From Methanobacteriota archaeon (GTDB lineage: Archaea; Thermoplasmatota; E2; DHVEG-1), in assembly GCA_963769885.1 (NCBI GenBank), contig CAVYNH010000007.1, positions 384,001 to 448,000 on the forward strand: DNA of 64,000 bases, in the 5' to 3' direction. Under the pieces are notes generated by a model. That model did not search any database and was not told the DNA's origin. It worked only from the letters and a program-made list of their open reading frames with translations. A program made the position numbers and the translations under genes. Below, in pieces: positions 62,448 to 64,000 of this stretch. Numbering within the stretch: position 1 is the first letter of the stretch; every line of letters starts with the position of its first letter.

Positions 62448-63238
62448 CGCTGGTGACGGTGACCTGCAAATCCGCGCTCTCCGCGACTCGCCTGCCGGGG
62501 CTTGATTACTCGTTGAACCCGTACCGCGGCTGTTTGCACAACTGCGCGTACTGCTATGCCCCGTGTATCCTGCGTATCCCCCGGGGTGAGTGGGGAACGC
62601 GGATAGAGGCGAAGGAGAATATCGCAACTGTGCTTGCTAAGGAATTGATACGGAAGACGCCTGGGGTGGTCGGCCTCTCGACGGTCACGGATCCCTACCA
62701 GCCCATCGAAAATGAACTCAGGTTGACACGTCAATGTCTCGAACGGTTCCTGAATTCGGAATTCCCGGTCCATGTCCAGACGAAATCGTCGCTGGTCTCC
62801 CGTGACCGGGATCTTCTCTCGAAGCTTGGAAAGGCTCAGGTCATGATGACAATCACAACGTTGCATGACGAGGAACGCAAGATGCTGGAGCCGGGGGCAT
62901 CACCGATTCAGGATCGAATCACGACGCTGAAGACGCTTGCAGATCACGGCATCTCAACCTCCGTCTTCCTCGGTCCGCTGTACCCCACCACGACGCCGGA
63001 AGACGTGACCAGGTTGTTTGACTGTTTCCGTATCATTGACGTGCGCGAAGTCTGGGTGGATAAACTGAACAACAAACCAGGCATCGAGGAAGAAATTTCT
63101 GCCCGGCTCACAACAACCCCCGACCTTCTTCCGAGTTTTCAGAAGGCCTTGTCTTCATCTGCCTATTTTATGCCCCTACGCAGGCACATCCATGCGTGCG
63201 GGAAGACGCAAGGCATTCGGGTCATCGACGCGTTTTAA
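62444..63238 (+). CDS. SPL-like radical SAM protein (COG1533)
   Basis: LNPYRGCLHNCAYCYA, STVTDPYQP, TKS, LEPGAS. Confidence 0.9.
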   Translation: MTLVTVTCKSALSATRLPGLDYSLNPYRGCLHNCAYCYAPCILRIPRGEWGTRIEAKENIATVLAKELIRKTPGVVGLSTVTDPYQPIENELRLTRQCLERFLNSEFPVHVQTKSSLVSRDRDLLSKLGKAQVMMTITTLHDEERKMLEPGASPIQDRITTLKTLADHGISTSVFLGPLYPTTTPEDVTRLFDCFRIIDVREVWVDKLNNKPGIEEEISARLTTTPDLLPSFQKALSSSAYFMPLRRHIHACGKTQGIRVIDAF

Positions 63239-63315
63239 TCAAAGAAAAAGAAGGCGATTCATCGTTGTGGAAAAAGTCTTAAAAGAAGGAATTGCCTTCT
63301 AAAATCGGTTATATT

Positions 63316-63504
63316 ATGGATAAATATGAGACGGTGATGGCGACTATCAGTCCTTTCTTGGGGCTCGGGCTTGGGTTATGGTCTAGTTCTTTCTTTGAGA
63401 AGACAATGGATGTCCTGGTCGGCGTTTTGATTGTTTTTGCATGCGCTGTCTTGGGTAGTATTGTCATGTTTCTTCGGAATCGGGCGGTGGCGAGAGGGAA
63501 ATAG
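63316..63504 (+). CDS. Small two-TM membrane protein
   Basis: Two hydrophobic segments and a basic tail. Confidence 0.5.
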   Translation: MDKYETVMATISPFLGLGLGLWSSSFFEKTMDVLVGVLIVFACAVLGSIVMFLRNRAVARGK

Positions 63505-63757
63505 ACGAGGACAGCACCGCGGTTGTATTGAGAGGTGGACTATAGCCCTCTTTAGGAACGGCTCCTTCCCCCGGCGTTCTTGTAACGTTGCATGTTGATA
63601 GAAGTTCGGTGATGTTTTTTCTACGACAGCCAAACAACGCACTTCGGTCTTTTCTGTATAAAAACCCTGAGAAGTTACAGAACCCAATGTTCCAAACATT
63701 TAAATGAATCCACAGGATAATAAGTGATGCACTGATTAACCGGGGGAGGAACACAAA

Positions 63758-64000
63758 ATGCGAAACAGTTTTTGGAAAAAAGAAGTAGCAATTGGGATAA
63801 TATTTTTACTGCTTGGAACAGGCGTTCTGCCTCAAATTTCTGGAGGAATTGAAAATAAAAAGGATTTACCTCAACATAATAGGCAACAATATACAATTGT
63901 AAGGGACGACTACGGTGTTCCCCATGTATTCGCGAACACGACGGAAGACCTCGCCTTTGGGGCAGGCTATGCTATCGCCGAGGATCGACTCTGGCAGGCG
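63758..64000 (+). CDS. Secreted penicillin acylase / peptidase S45 family protein (3'-truncated by window)
   Basis: Manual translation [20 protein letters not shown]...[31 protein letters not shown]; GGAGG SD. Confidence 0.88.
   Translation, partial: MRNSFWKKEVAIGIIFLLLGTGVLPQISGGIENKKDLPQHNRQQYTIVRDDYGVPHVFANTTEDLAFGAGYAIAEDRLWQA

Overview
Archaeal chromosomal DNA, most likely Thermoplasmatota. The surface-protein repertoire and gene set suggest an MBG-D/Thermoprofundales-like anaerobic peptide fermenter (inference). Core archaeal genes: cdc6/orc1, priS, fttA(aCPSF1)-psmB, cdrS-ftsZ, aIF-2beta, elp3, Lhr helicase, alba, pyrG, nnr, nac, nreA and tRNA-Arg(UCG). Amino-acid catabolism genes: hutI, ftcD, a cyclodeaminase, kbl, an M14 peptidase and a penicillin-acylase-family protein. 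Several modular secreted surface proteins are also present. The most interesting locus is a glutamate/nitrogen cluster at about 38.2-53.0 kb. There glnA is divergent from two tandem glutamate dehydrogenases, followed by two ~1000-aa PEP-synthase-like ATP-grasp proteins. Both lack the pyruvate-binding barrel and keep a conserved G(S/T)HFF His motif. One carries receiver-like domains; the other a GAF-like sensor and a C-terminal nucleotidyltransferase domain. A convergent metallophosphoesterase and nfnAB follow. This looks like an uncharacterised covalent-modification switch for the GS/GDH node (hypothesis). Other observations: kb-scale C/A versus G/T strand-skew domains that partly ignore gene orientation; two shared C-terminal domains on unrelated surface proteins; a compositionally mosaic gene; and at least five +1 frameshifts, including in conserved core genes, that are probably sequencing errors. 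No CRISPR array, integrase or transposase was seen.
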